Shown here: in pieces, positions 16,843-25,967 of the stretch
How the letters are laid out: each line of letters opens with the position of its first letter
Numbering within the stretch: position 1 is the stretch's first letter
Assembly (NCBI GenBank): GCA_964608695.1
Contig: CAZSPF010000016.1
Location: 3,350 to 45,961 of the forward strand
Direction of reading: 5' to 3'
Length of the DNA: 42,612 nucleotides
Origin: an uncultured Fimbriimonadales bacterium
GTDB taxonomy: Bacteria > Armatimonadota > Fimbriimonadia > Fimbriimonadales > ATM1
The notes under the pieces: model-generated
Database searches by the model: none
What the model was told of the DNA's origin: nothing
What the model saw: only the letters and a program-made list of their open reading frames with translations
Made by a program: the position numbers and the translations under genes

Positions 16843-19482
16843 ATGTTTGCTTTATCAGTATTGATTTCGGGATTGTGGTTTTCCGCACAGGATAGTGTCG
16901 TTTTATACAGGGGTGCAGAATTGTATAACGATAGAGAGACCCCTTATTATTCATGTGAAGACACTTCAGTTGTTCGTGATAGACCACAAAGTTCATTTGG
17001 GCAAGGAATGCTTTTATTCGCCGGCAAAGACAAAAGGGCTTTAGTTCGTTTTCGCGATTTGGAAAGAGCCATTGGTGTAAATAAAAGAGTTGTCTCTGCG
17101 AAACTCATATTAACGATGGATGCCATTGATAGAAGCGGAACTGTGCGATTAAAACGCATGCAAGGTGATTGGCTCGAAGGCGCAGGCGGCGGGGAAGCAA
17201 CCGGTAAACATCCACACTGGAGCACAAGTTGGTCGCACCAGTTTTACAATGAAAAAGGAAACTCGAAAACTTGGCGTAATGGTGGTGAGCAATTAATATC
17301 CCCAAATATTTCTTCTGAAGTGCGAATATCTGTCAATCAGCGAGAGATCGTTTTTGAAGGGTTGGAACGTGATGTTCAAGATATGTATGACGCATGGTTT
17401 GATAATAATGGTTGGGTATTAGAAAGTGATGTTGAGATTGCTGTTAACTCTTCAGAATCGTTTTTACTTTTAAGACCTCGCTTGGAGTTGATGTTGGAAA
17501 ACACCAACGAAGCAACAGGAGCAGATTTGTCCGTGATTTATATTTCAAGAACTCCGGAATACGAAAGATATGATAATCGTGGGGATGCATATATACGAGA
17601 AGAAGTATCTGGGCATGTATCAGGCGTAATGATGAGCCCGGGGGGTGCACGTTCGCAAAAATGGCCAAGAGACGGTGAACAAGTAACTTACACAGCGTTT
17701 GTGAAGAATGTTGGTAATGAACCATCACACGGATTTGAATTTGAGTGGTTTTTTAATTTTGATTCGATAGAAAAGGGAACAGTTCCAGGAACGATTGCCC
17801 CCGGAGAAACAAAGCAAGTGAGTATTGTGCGCAGTTTTCGCAACGAGCATCACGACCACAGAACTCAACCCATACGCTTTAAGATACACCCATTGGGGGG
17901 GGATGCGTTAAAGAGAAACAACTGCCTTGAAATACAAGCAAACGCATTAAATCTCGCTATTTGGGTAGATAAAACATTTTATGAGACATTTGCGAAAGAA
18001 GTTAATGGATATGGGTCAAGGAGTTTTGAAGATTGGATTCAATGGCAGTTTCGTATTTGGAACGATGTTTTTATGAAGCACAGTAGGTTTAGTTTTGCAC
18101 CAGATGGCTGTAAAGAGACAGTTAGGGTTCAGAAAATAACCATCGTGCCTGACGGAACATTAAAAGGGGGGGCTCATATTCCGAATGATACGCCCACACT
18201 CGTATATGATGGGGAATGGGGGTTTGATTCTTCTTTTGGTGAAGCAGAGGGCTACATAAACGCAGTAAGAAAAATTTGTGATAGGGCGTTAATTCACGAA
18301 ATGAGCCACCAAATAGGTTTGATAGATTTGTATTGGATGAATGTGGACGCTTCCTTGCCTGACGGCACGCAAGGAAAAGTGAGGCTCAAACACAATGAAA
18401 GTGTGGTTACAAGGGGCTGGATAGATCCATATGGCGGTTTAATGGGGGGAGGAGACACACGAAATGACTATCTGATTCCGTTTTCATTCTCGATTCCTGT
18501 GTTCACTTCCGACAACGTAGTTCTCAAAAGTCCTTTTTTCGTGCCCACGAAGCTATATGCGGCAACAGACGTAGCAGGTTTGAACTCAAATCTTGGGTAT
18601 CGCAGAGGGTTTTATGGCGAGTTTCTGTATTCAGTTCCGGATGTTGTTTTAGTGCGGTGTGTGGATGCACAAGGAATCATCATTCCCAATGGAAAACTCG
18701 GTTTTTATCAAATGAAAAACGGAGAGATTAAAAACCTTGAACCGGATTTTACGGTAGACATACTGAATGGATCAGGACTTCTCCCTAACAGACCGACCGG
18801 TTTACAAGAACCATTCACTACATTAACGGGACATACATTAAAACCCAACCCTTTTGGAAGAATAGATGTTGTAGGTACAAACGGAGTGTTTCTTGTTAAA
18901 TTAGAATTTGAAGGACAAACGGAATGGACATTCTTAAAAGTCTGGCAGTTATTTGATGCGAAGGCTCGAGGAAATGAAAAGGCTTATATCCATGATTTAG
19001 TTTTCAATGTTACACATCGTCCTTTAAGAGATGGCAATCTTGCATCACGACGTATTGTTCTCAGCAGTACGAACACTCCACCGGAGGAGTTAATGAAATT
19101 AGTAGACAATGACGCAACAACATCTGTAAGTTTAGGTGAGAAAGAAAATGATTGGATAGAAATTGATCTCGGAAGAGACAGACCCATCGGCGAGATACGT
19201 TTAGTGTTAAAAGATGATTTCAATGCGTTCTGGGAAAAGTTTGATATTTATCTGTACGCAACAGCACAGACTTTCAATGAGGCGCAATTGTATGCAAAAG
19301 AGTTTTCATGGAGAAATGCAATGGCATTTCGCAGAGACATTGATCCGAAAGATTTCAGCGTACTGAGTGTAGCGTACAGAGCAAGACCAATTACCATGCG
19401 ATACATAAGAATTGTAAACAGAAGCGGGGGGGTAGGAAAACTTTCAGAAATTATTGTAAAAGAAACAGAACCTCCGAGATAA
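16843..19482 (+). CDS. Secreted multidomain putative zinc metallopeptidase: DNRLRE-like, CARDB-like, HExxHxxGxxD and F5/8 type C (discoidin) modules
   Basis: 879 aa with a signal-like N-terminus. RALVRFRDL...VVSAKLILT...VRLKRMQGDWLEG resembles the DNRLRE-type pattern. VTYTAFVKNVGNEPSHGFEFEWF...IAPGETKQVSIV resembles CARDB. HEMSHQIGLID lies at 18295-18327. The C-terminal DNDATTSVSLGEKENDWIEIDLGRDRPIGEIRLV resembles discoidin. Confidence 0.6.
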   Translation: MFALSVLISGLWFSAQDSVVLYRGAELYNDRETPYYSCEDTSVVRDRPQSSFGQGMLLFAGKDKRALVRFRDLERAIGVNKRVVSAKLILTMDAIDRSGTVRLKRMQGDWLEGAGGGEATGKHPHWSTSWSHQFYNEKGNSKTWRNGGEQLISPNISSEVRISVNQREIVFEGLERDVQDMYDAWFDNNGWVLESDVEIAVNSSESFLLLRPRLELMLENTNEATGADLSVIYISRTPEYERYDNRGDAYIREEVSGHVSGVMMSPGGARSQKWPRDGEQVTYTAFVKNVGNEPSHGFEFEWFFNFDSIEKGTVPGTIAPGETKQVSIVRSFRNEHHDHRTQPIRFKIHPLGGDALKRNNCLEIQANALNLAIWVDKTFYETFAKEVNGYGSRSFEDWIQWQFRIWNDVFMKHSRFSFAPDGCKETVRVQKITIVPDGTLKGGAHIPNDTPTLVYDGEWGFDSSFGEAEGYINAVRKICDRALIHEMSHQIGLIDLYWMNVDASLPDGTQGKVRLKHNESVVTRGWIDPYGGLMGGGDTRNDYLIPFSFSIPVFTSDNVVLKSPFFVPTKLYAATDVAGLNSNLGYRRGFYGEFLYSVPDVVLVRCVDAQGIIIPNGKLGFYQMKNGEIKNLEPDFTVDILNGSGLLPNRPTGLQEPFTTLTGHTLKPNPFGRIDVVGTNGVFLVKLEFEGQTEWTFLKVWQLFDAKARGNEKAYIHDLVFNVTHRPLRDGNLASRRIVLSSTNTPPEELMKLVDNDATTSVSLGEKENDWIEIDLGRDRPIGEIRLVLKDDFNAFWEKFDIYLYATAQTFNEAQLYAKEFSWRNAMAFRRDIDPKDFSVLSVAYRARPITMRYIRIVNRSGGVGKLSEIIVKETEPPR

Positions 19483-19483
19483 T

Positions 19484-20455
19484 TTATAGTTCTTCTTTCG
19501 GCATACGTTCCATAAGGTTTATGACAGCATCCATTGGTTTGACTGCGCCATAAATTACTTTGTGTATGGCTTCCATCAGTGGAGTTTCTATATTCAGTCT
19601 TTTAGATAACTCAATAACTGCTTTGCTTGTAGGTGCACCCTCTGCAACTTGACCTAATTCCAGTAATGCTGTATCGAGCGTTTTGCCTTCTGCCAAAAGT
19701 TTGCCAAGACGATAATTTCGGCTTAGGTTGCTGGAAGCGGTGGCGAAGATATCTCCCACGCCACTGATACCCATGAACGTTCTTAATTCCGCTCCGCATG
19801 CTACTCCCAAACTTGCAATTTCTTTAAGTCCTCTGGCAAGCATGGCACCTTTGGTGTTTTGCCCGAATCCCAATCCTTCACACACTCCTGCACCTACCGC
19901 AAGTACATTTTTCAAAGCCCCCCCTAACTCCACACCAACGACATCATAAGAAGTGTAAACACGGAAAGTGCGGCACATAAATAGTTCTCTGGCGCTTTCT
20001 GCAAGATTGTTATGCTTGCTTGCTATAACTGTTGCAGTAGGAACTCCTTTAACTATTTCAAATGCAAGATTAGGTCCCGATAACACTGCAGGTACTAAAT
20101 CCGGTCTCACTTCCTCTAAAACTTCAGATGCGCGTAAACTTGTTGCGCTCTCCAATCCTTTTGTAGCAATGATCACTTGGCAGGATTCGGAAGGTAAGAG
20201 TAAAAACGCTTCCCTCAATCCGTCAGAAGGAACAGCAATTATCCAAAAATCAACTGGCTCGGATATTTCTAAACAAGGCGAAATCTCTTTTGGCAGTTCA
20301 ATACCCGGAAGATATTTTTCATTTTTTCGTGTGGAGTGTATCTCATTGATAAGTTGAGAATCTCTACCCCATAAACTTACGCGAGTTCCGTTTCTTGCCA
20401 ACAAAACAGCAAGAGACGTACCCCAACTTCCCGCTCCAAGAACAGCACAGTGCAT
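19484..20455 (-). CDS. gpsA: NAD(P)H-dependent glycerol-3-phosphate dehydrogenase
   Basis: Rossmann motif VLGAGSWGTSLA, GPNLAFE, GALKNVLAVGAG, full-length GpsA pattern. Confidence 0.92.
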   Translation of the reverse strand: MHCAVLGAGSWGTSLAVLLARNGTRVSLWGRDSQLINEIHSTRKNEKYLPGIELPKEISPCLEISEPVDFWIIAVPSDGLREAFLLLPSESCQVIIATKGLESATSLRASEVLEEVRPDLVPAVLSGPNLAFEIVKGVPTATVIASKHNNLAESARELFMCRTFRVYTSYDVVGVELGGALKNVLAVGAGVCEGLGFGQNTKGAMLARGLKEIASLGVACGAELRTFMGISGVGDIFATASSNLSRNYRLGKLLAEGKTLDTALLELGQVAEGAPTSKAVIELSKRLNIETPLMEAIHKVIYGAVKPMDAVINLMERMPKEEL

Positions 20456-20466
20456 TACAACCCTCT

Positions 20467-20472
20467 ATCATA
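20467..20472 (-). promoter_or_regulatory. Possible -10 box (TATGAT) 11 nt upstream of the gpsA ATG
   Basis: Minus strand reads gcggtgTATGATagagggttgtaATG. Ambiguous, because agaggg could instead act as an SD on a read-through transcript from the flotillin operon. Confidence 0.25.
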
Positions 20473-20504
20473 CACCGCAACGAATCGCATTGAGTTTCGA
20501 CGGC

Positions 20505-21824
20505 TTACTCTTCAGTTTGTTGTTCGTTTAGTTGAAGGTCTTCTTTTTTTGGGATTTGTTTTGTTCCTTCTGTTTTCGCGGATGCGTTCCTTAAGAGTTC
20601 CAGCAGGTCAATACCAAGTACCTGCTTGAACTGTTCGTTGGTTGCCAACGCTTTTGCAGGGAGCGAGCCATCACCCGTGAGGGAAGGTGTTCGGGAATCG
20701 ATAATCGTGAGTTTGTCAACTTGGGTGTTCGAGATGATGGAAGTAATCGCATGAATTACTTCATCCATCTTTTGAAGCAGAAACACATCTCGTGCGTTTT
20801 TGCCGGCTTCTTTCCACTTGTCAGCAAGAGAAGTTAAGACTTCGGCACGAGCCTCGCCATCAGCAATGATTGGTGCGGCTTTTGCGCGTGCGTTGTTGAT
20901 AGCCGCTTCGTACGCGGCTTTTGCAGGTTTTACAACATCTGCGTCGAGTCTTCTCCTGACTTGTTCAATTCTTGCTTTTTGAACTTCGATTTCGGCTTGT
21001 GCTTGAGCAAGTGCAGCTTCGACTTGTGCTTTTTCTTCTGCAACAAGGGCATCACGTCTTGTTAAAGCATCACGCAATCTTCGCTGTGCCTCTGCTTTTG
21101 CGATTTCTACTTGTGCTTGAATCTGTGCAGTTGCCTCTCTTTCTCTGTTTTCAGCAACTCTAACAGCCGCGTCTGCTTTTGCAGTGGCTTCTGCGATGCG
21201 TGCTTGGCGAATAATTTCTGCATTTTTTATGCGTCCGATGGAATCTAAATATCCGACTTCATCTTGCACGTTTTGTATTTTGAAGGTATCTACAACCAAT
21301 CCCAATCTTGTCATGTCCTCTTCTACTTCATGTACAAGCCTTTCCGCAAAGAGGATTTTGTCTTCGTTTACTTCTTCCGGTGTCATGGTGGCGCAAATAC
21401 CACGCAAAGCACCTTCTAATACGGCTTTTGCCGTCATCATAATCTCCACGCGTTTCCTGCCGAGAAACCTCTCGATGGCGTTGTTGAGAACTGGCTCATA
21501 ACCTGCAATCTTTACGTTCGCCACACCTTGTACAGTTAACGGAACCCCCCCTTTGGAATACGCATTATGAGCAGAAACATCAATAATCATGTTAGTCAAG
21601 TCCATGCTGTCCACTCTTTCGATGAGGGGCCACCTAATGCTTCGCCCCCCCTTAATCATTCTGTAGCCGTACAATCTGTTTCCGACTCTTCGCCGCTTTC
21701 CTGAAAAAATTAACACCTCGTTTGGTGCACAAATACAAAGAAGTTTGGAAAGGTTGAGCAATAACAGAATTCCTGCTAAACCAAGAGCGCCGAGAACAAT
21801 GTATAAAATAGTTGTAAACGGCAT
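20505..21824 (-). CDS. Flotillin-family SPFH/band-7 protein (paralog B)
   Basis: N-terminal membrane hairpin, SPFH core (AYSKGGVPLTVQGVANVKI...NAIERFLGR), then a long Ala/Glu-rich coiled coil (EATAQIQAQVEIAKAEAQRRL...). Start shares one nt with the upstream stop (TAATG at 21822-21826). Confidence 0.85.
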   Translation of the reverse strand: MPFTTILYIVLGALGLAGILLLLNLSKLLCICAPNEVLIFSGKRRRVGNRLYGYRMIKGGRSIRWPLIERVDSMDLTNMIIDVSAHNAYSKGGVPLTVQGVANVKIAGYEPVLNNAIERFLGRKRVEIMMTAKAVLEGALRGICATMTPEEVNEDKILFAERLVHEVEEDMTRLGLVVDTFKIQNVQDEVGYLDSIGRIKNAEIIRQARIAEATAKADAAVRVAENREREATAQIQAQVEIAKAEAQRRLRDALTRRDALVAEEKAQVEAALAQAQAEIEVQKARIEQVRRRLDADVVKPAKAAYEAAINNARAKAAPIIADGEARAEVLTSLADKWKEAGKNARDVFLLQKMDEVIHAITSIISNTQVDKLTIIDSRTPSLTGDGSLPAKALATNEQFKQVLGIDLLELLRNASAKTEGTKQIPKKEDLQLNEQQTEE

Positions 21825-23134
21825 TATCTGTCTCCATCCTTTACTAAACTTGTGCTTTCTGTTTTTCCTGAAATTACTTCAGGGATGTTAATTCCTGTCG
21901 TTTTTGCAATCGCTTGGAATATGGAATCGAGCATTGCTGGGTAAGCAGAAATGTATGATGCTAATGTTTCTCCCGTTCCGGAATCAATCATGTTTAAATT
22001 AGAGATATTGAGTTTTGTAACACCTTGCGATGCGGCAGTTAAAATCTTTTCAATGTCTTCAATAAGGTAAATGCGCATAGCGTTATCTCCTGCTTTCACC
22101 CATGCGGCTTGAAGCACTTCAAGTGTTCTGGTAACAGCACGGCCTCTTTCGAGTATCTCAGCCGCTTCACCTCTTGCCGCGTACTCCTTCGATTCCCGCT
22201 CTGCTTCAGCCGGAATAATCTCGTCTGCCATTAGTGCCAGTTCCGCTAACTCCGAACGTACTTTTTGCAGCTCCTGCTCTGCACGTGCTCGTGCCTCTCT
22301 TGCCGCTGCCAGAGATCTTTCTTCTTCAGACATCACTTGCGCTTCAAGATCTGCCTTTATTCTGCGTAAATCGTTTTGCATCTGAATAATCTGCGCCTCT
22401 GTTTTGGCTTGAGTTACTTGTGCTCGAGCAAGGTTTTCAGCTTCGGTTTGCTCGGCATCGCGTTTTGCGTCACTTTCTGCCATTTCTGCATTTCGAATGA
22501 CTTCAGCAATGGCTTTTCTGCCTATAGAATTCAAATATTGAACTTCATCGGAGATATGCAAAACTTTCAAAGTGTCAAGGTGTATTCCGAGTTTTGTTAA
22601 GTCTTCTTCGGATTCCTCGGAAAGCGTTGCCGCGAACTTCAAACGGTCTTCATTAACTTCTTCAGGGGTTAGCTTTGCAAGAACACCTCGTAAGTGTCCT
22701 TCAAGAGTTTCTTTTGCAACTCTGCGAATCTCTTCCGGATCTCTACCCAAAAACCTTTCGATAGCGTTACCGATAACAGTTGGGTCACTGGAAATCTTTA
22801 TCATTGCAACTGAGTCAACATTTAATGCAATGCCGCCTTTCGAATACGCTCCTCTTACAGTGATGGGAACTTCCATAACATTCAAGCTCATCCAATGTAC
22901 TTTTTCCAAAAGTGGCACGCGCAATCCTCTGCCGCCAAACAATGTTCGAAACCCGCGAACGGTTCCATCTGGCATACGGTGTCTTCTACCGGAGAAAATC
23001 AAAACCTGATTAGGCGGGCAAATGTAAAGTAGGTTTTTGATTATCCCCAACAGAATAAGCAACCCGATCGCAAGTCCGCCTGCGATAATTATCGTAGTTG
23101 CTATTCCCGAACCTTCTTGAATTACTTCCGGCAT
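21824..23134 (-). CDS. Flotillin-family SPFH/band-7 protein (paralog A)
   Basis: Same architecture as paralog B and clearly alignable with it (ICPPNQVLIFSG, AYSKGGIALNVDSVAMIKI, NAIERFLGR). AGGAG SD. Confidence 0.85.
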   Translation of the reverse strand: MPEVIQEGSGIATTIIIAGGLAIGLLILLGIIKNLLYICPPNQVLIFSGRRHRMPDGTVRGFRTLFGGRGLRVPLLEKVHWMSLNVMEVPITVRGAYSKGGIALNVDSVAMIKISSDPTVIGNAIERFLGRDPEEIRRVAKETLEGHLRGVLAKLTPEEVNEDRLKFAATLSEESEEDLTKLGIHLDTLKVLHISDEVQYLNSIGRKAIAEVIRNAEMAESDAKRDAEQTEAENLARAQVTQAKTEAQIIQMQNDLRRIKADLEAQVMSEEERSLAAAREARARAEQELQKVRSELAELALMADEIIPAEAERESKEYAARGEAAEILERGRAVTRTLEVLQAAWVKAGDNAMRIYLIEDIEKILTAASQGVTKLNISNLNMIDSGTGETLASYISAYPAMLDSIFQAIAKTTGINIPEVISGKTESTSLVKDGDR

Positions 23135-23145
23135 ATTATTCTCCT

Positions 23146-23721
23146 TTAGTCTAAGTCTTCAAAGAAATCTGAGCGCCTTACAACGCGCGCACGCTGATTT
23201 TCCATTGCCACTATCATCACGCGTTCCCCTGCTGGAATTTCTGTCTCTTCATCTGAAACGGCTATTACATCTATCATATCACCCTTAATGGTGCATCTAA
23301 TTTTGCCGGGTAATGATCTTTTAACTGGCACTAACACTTTTGCATCAGCACCGACGAGGTCTTTCTCTTCCGCTCCGCTTGTTGTACTTGTCTTTGAAAG
23401 GTAATACATCGTTGCTGATGCCATCAATCCGCAAACAACTCCCAATGCTAACGCCAACCAAAAACCTGTCATTTTCTCTACTTTAAACATCTCGAAAAGT
23501 AATCCGGTTAAGCCGAAAAACGTAAACCCGTATGTGTAAAATCTGAGTGAGAAAAACGGCAGCCACAAATCGGAATGCACTGCGTCACCCTCATGACCTG
23601 CAGAGAAGTCATGATCAACATCGTGGTCAATGTCTGTATCGCTATCCCCGTGCCCTCCGAAAATGGAGACAAGAATTAGCGCTCCTCCCACTATTGCAGA
23701 AATGATATATAAAGAGAGCAT
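23146..23721 (-). CDS. NfeD/YqiJ-like membrane protein (flotillin-associated)
   Basis: TM helices, an Asp/His-rich loop (GGHGDSDTDIDHDVDHDFSAGHEGD) and a C-terminal beta-rich soluble segment (GKIRCTIKGDMIDVIAVSDEETEIPAGERVMIV) like the NfeD OB-fold. Sits directly upstream of the flotillins, as in yqiJ-yqiK and yuaF-floT. Confidence 0.65.
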   Translation of the reverse strand: MLSLYIISAIVGGALILVSIFGGHGDSDTDIDHDVDHDFSAGHEGDAVHSDLWLPFFSLRFYTYGFTFFGLTGLLFEMFKVEKMTGFWLALALGVVCGLMASATMYYLSKTSTTSGAEEKDLVGADAKVLVPVKRSLPGKIRCTIKGDMIDVIAVSDEETEIPAGERVMIVAMENQRARVVRRSDFFEDLD

Positions 23722-23858
23722 CTTATTCTCACTTAGTCAATTATTTTAACCCTTTATTCATGTTTTGAACCGAAAAATTCTTCATTCCACAGTTTTTCTA
23801 CCAAGAGTCATACCAAGAGGTTGCAGGAACCGTGTGTAAACAACCATGATTCTTCGCG

Positions 23859-24557
23859 ATGCTGTATGCACTCGGAATATCAGGGCTGGCATGGGCTTTT
23901 CGGTTGCTTTCTTGGGATGGGGCAGTTGGTGCTTTCGTTTTAGGAGCGGCGGTATGGGAAATTGGCGGGATTACATGGGCAATTCCGCTGCTCATGTTCT
24001 TTTTCGGGTCCGCGATTGTGCATCTGATTACACGGATGGCTTCGAGTGATAAAGTTCCCAAAGAGCCACCAAGAACCTTTGTCCAAGTTTCATCAAACGG
24101 GTTGCCAGTATTTGTTTGCGTATTGTGTTGGTATTACACAAAAGATTTTCGATTTGAGGTTGCCATGCTCGCAAGTTTGTCTACCGCCTGCGCTGATACT
24201 TGGGCAACCGATATTGGCAAGGCATTTTCTTCGAAAGCATTTCGAATTTCGAACATCGAGCCTGTAACTCATGGAATAAGCGGTGCGGCTTCAGTATCAG
24301 GCTTAATCGGAGGTTTTATCGGTGCGGCATTTATTGCTTCAACGGCACCGTTATTTGAGAGGTCAGAACTCGTCGGGCTAATTACATTGATTGGCTTTGG
24401 CGGATGTTTGCTGGATAGCCTGCTCGGTGACACTTTGCAGTGTGAAAAGCAATTTCCCGACAAGAAAGGTCTGCAATTAAGATGGATGTCCAACGATGCT
24501 GTGAATTTGCTTTCCGTGTCTGCTTCAGCAATCGCTGGTTATTTCTTAGCCAAATGA
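23859..24557 (+). CDS. DUF92/TMEM19-like integral membrane protein
   Basis: Polytopic. THGISGAASVSGLIGGFIGAA and LLDSLLGDTLQ resemble the conserved DUF92 motifs, recalled from memory. Confidence 0.55.
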   Translation: MLYALGISGLAWAFRLLSWDGAVGAFVLGAAVWEIGGITWAIPLLMFFFGSAIVHLITRMASSDKVPKEPPRTFVQVSSNGLPVFVCVLCWYYTKDFRFEVAMLASLSTACADTWATDIGKAFSSKAFRISNIEPVTHGISGAASVSGLIGGFIGAAFIASTAPLFERSELVGLITLIGFGGCLLDSLLGDTLQCEKQFPDKKGLQLRWMSNDAVNLLSVSASAIAGYFLAK

Positions 24558-25945
24558 CTAAGAGCGTACAGGATATGGCAGTAGATTTTAGACATCTTTA
24601 ATAAGTGAGAAACCTTTATTCTTTCATCCGGCTCATGTGCGGGTCCGTCTCCTTCCCATCCTGTTCCGATGCTCACACAGTTCGGTATGGCTCGCGCATA
24701 AGTTCCCCCGCCCATCACTTCAGGCTTTTTGCTTTCTCCGAGTTCGATTTCTACAACGTTACAAATAGTCTTAACCGGTTCTTTATCTAATGGGTAATAC
24801 AAGGGGGGGCTGTCATCAATTTCAACAAGTAATGCATGAGGAAGTTTTTCTTGTAAATAAGATTTGCACTTTGATTCTAAAACCTGCGCATCCCATTCCA
24901 CCGGATAGCGCACATTAATGAGAAATTCAATATTTTCTGAATCGGATTTCACTATGCCAAGGTTGCTTGTTAAATCTTGAGTTACCTCATCACGTCCGTG
25001 AATTCCCACACCCGCACCTGATGAATGTGAAAGAAAGAGCAAATGATTAAACAGCTCCGACTCTTCAGGTTCTGCAATTTCATATAAAAACCTGAATATT
25101 CGTGTAACCGCACTATCACCTAAGAACGGAACCGCTCCGTGTGCGGCTTTACCTTTCGCAACTATTTTTAATTCATCACCTTCCCATAAAAAGGAAACGT
25201 TTTTGTCCCAGTACTCTTCTGTTTTTTGTTTCACGCTTTGCAACAGTTCTTCAATCACTCTTATTTTCGCTTCAGCATGGAAGGGAACAACGTTGGGCCT
25301 TTCACCGCTTTGAAAACTCAAAATCTGCAGTTTTCCTTTCGGTAAAGGATGTCGAATTATTATGTTTGCTATTCCTTTCTCGGCATGAACGAGAGGCCAC
25401 ATGGCATCAGGTGCTATCCCGTAAGTCGGAGATTCTTCGGTTGCGAAATACCTTTCCACGCATTTAAATCCGCTCTCTTCGTCGCATCCGAACACCATTC
25501 TCATTCGCGTGGACAGTTTTGCACCTGTTACCTGCAATGCGCGCATGGCGAAAAAAGCCGCCATTGTAGGTCCCTTGTCATCAACTGCACCACGTGAATA
25601 AAGGTAACCCCCGTCTATTTCCGCACCAAAAGGATCGTGCTTCCAGCCTTGACCCACAGGCACAACGTCAAGATGCCCCACCGCCATAATCACGCCTTCA
25701 CCATCACCAAACTCGGCGTGCCCCGCGTAACCCTCAACGTCTTTCGTTGCCATTCCCCATGAATCACCTAACTGTAAAACAAAATCCAACGCTTGTCTGT
25801 TTTCTTTTCCAAATGGAGCGTTCGGCTCAGGTTCGGATTCCACGCTTGGGATTTTCAAGAGTTCTCTTGTGAGGTTTACAAGGTCTTGTTCGTTTTTTTC
25901 TAACCAACTTTGCGCAGTTGATACTTCACTGGGAGTTTCAGGCAT
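24539..25945 (-). CDS. M20 family dipeptidase (PepV/Sapep-like)
   Basis: VGHLDVVPVG, SRGAVDDKGP, CDEESG, length 468 aa. Confidence 0.85.
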   Translation of the reverse strand: MPETPSEVSTAQSWLEKNEQDLVNLTRELLKIPSVESEPEPNAPFGKENRQALDFVLQLGDSWGMATKDVEGYAGHAEFGDGEGVIMAVGHLDVVPVGQGWKHDPFGAEIDGGYLYSRGAVDDKGPTMAAFFAMRALQVTGAKLSTRMRMVFGCDEESGFKCVERYFATEESPTYGIAPDAMWPLVHAEKGIANIIIRHPLPKGKLQILSFQSGERPNVVPFHAEAKIRVIEELLQSVKQKTEEYWDKNVSFLWEGDELKIVAKGKAAHGAVPFLGDSAVTRIFRFLYEIAEPEESELFNHLLFLSHSSGAGVGIHGRDEVTQDLTSNLGIVKSDSENIEFLINVRYPVEWDAQVLESKCKSYLQEKLPHALLVEIDDSPPLYYPLDKEPVKTICNVVEIELGESKKPEVMGGGTYARAIPNCVSIGTGWEGDGPAHEPDERIKVSHLLKMSKIYCHILYALSHLAKK

Positions 25946-25967
25946 GACTGAACTTTACCACGACGCA

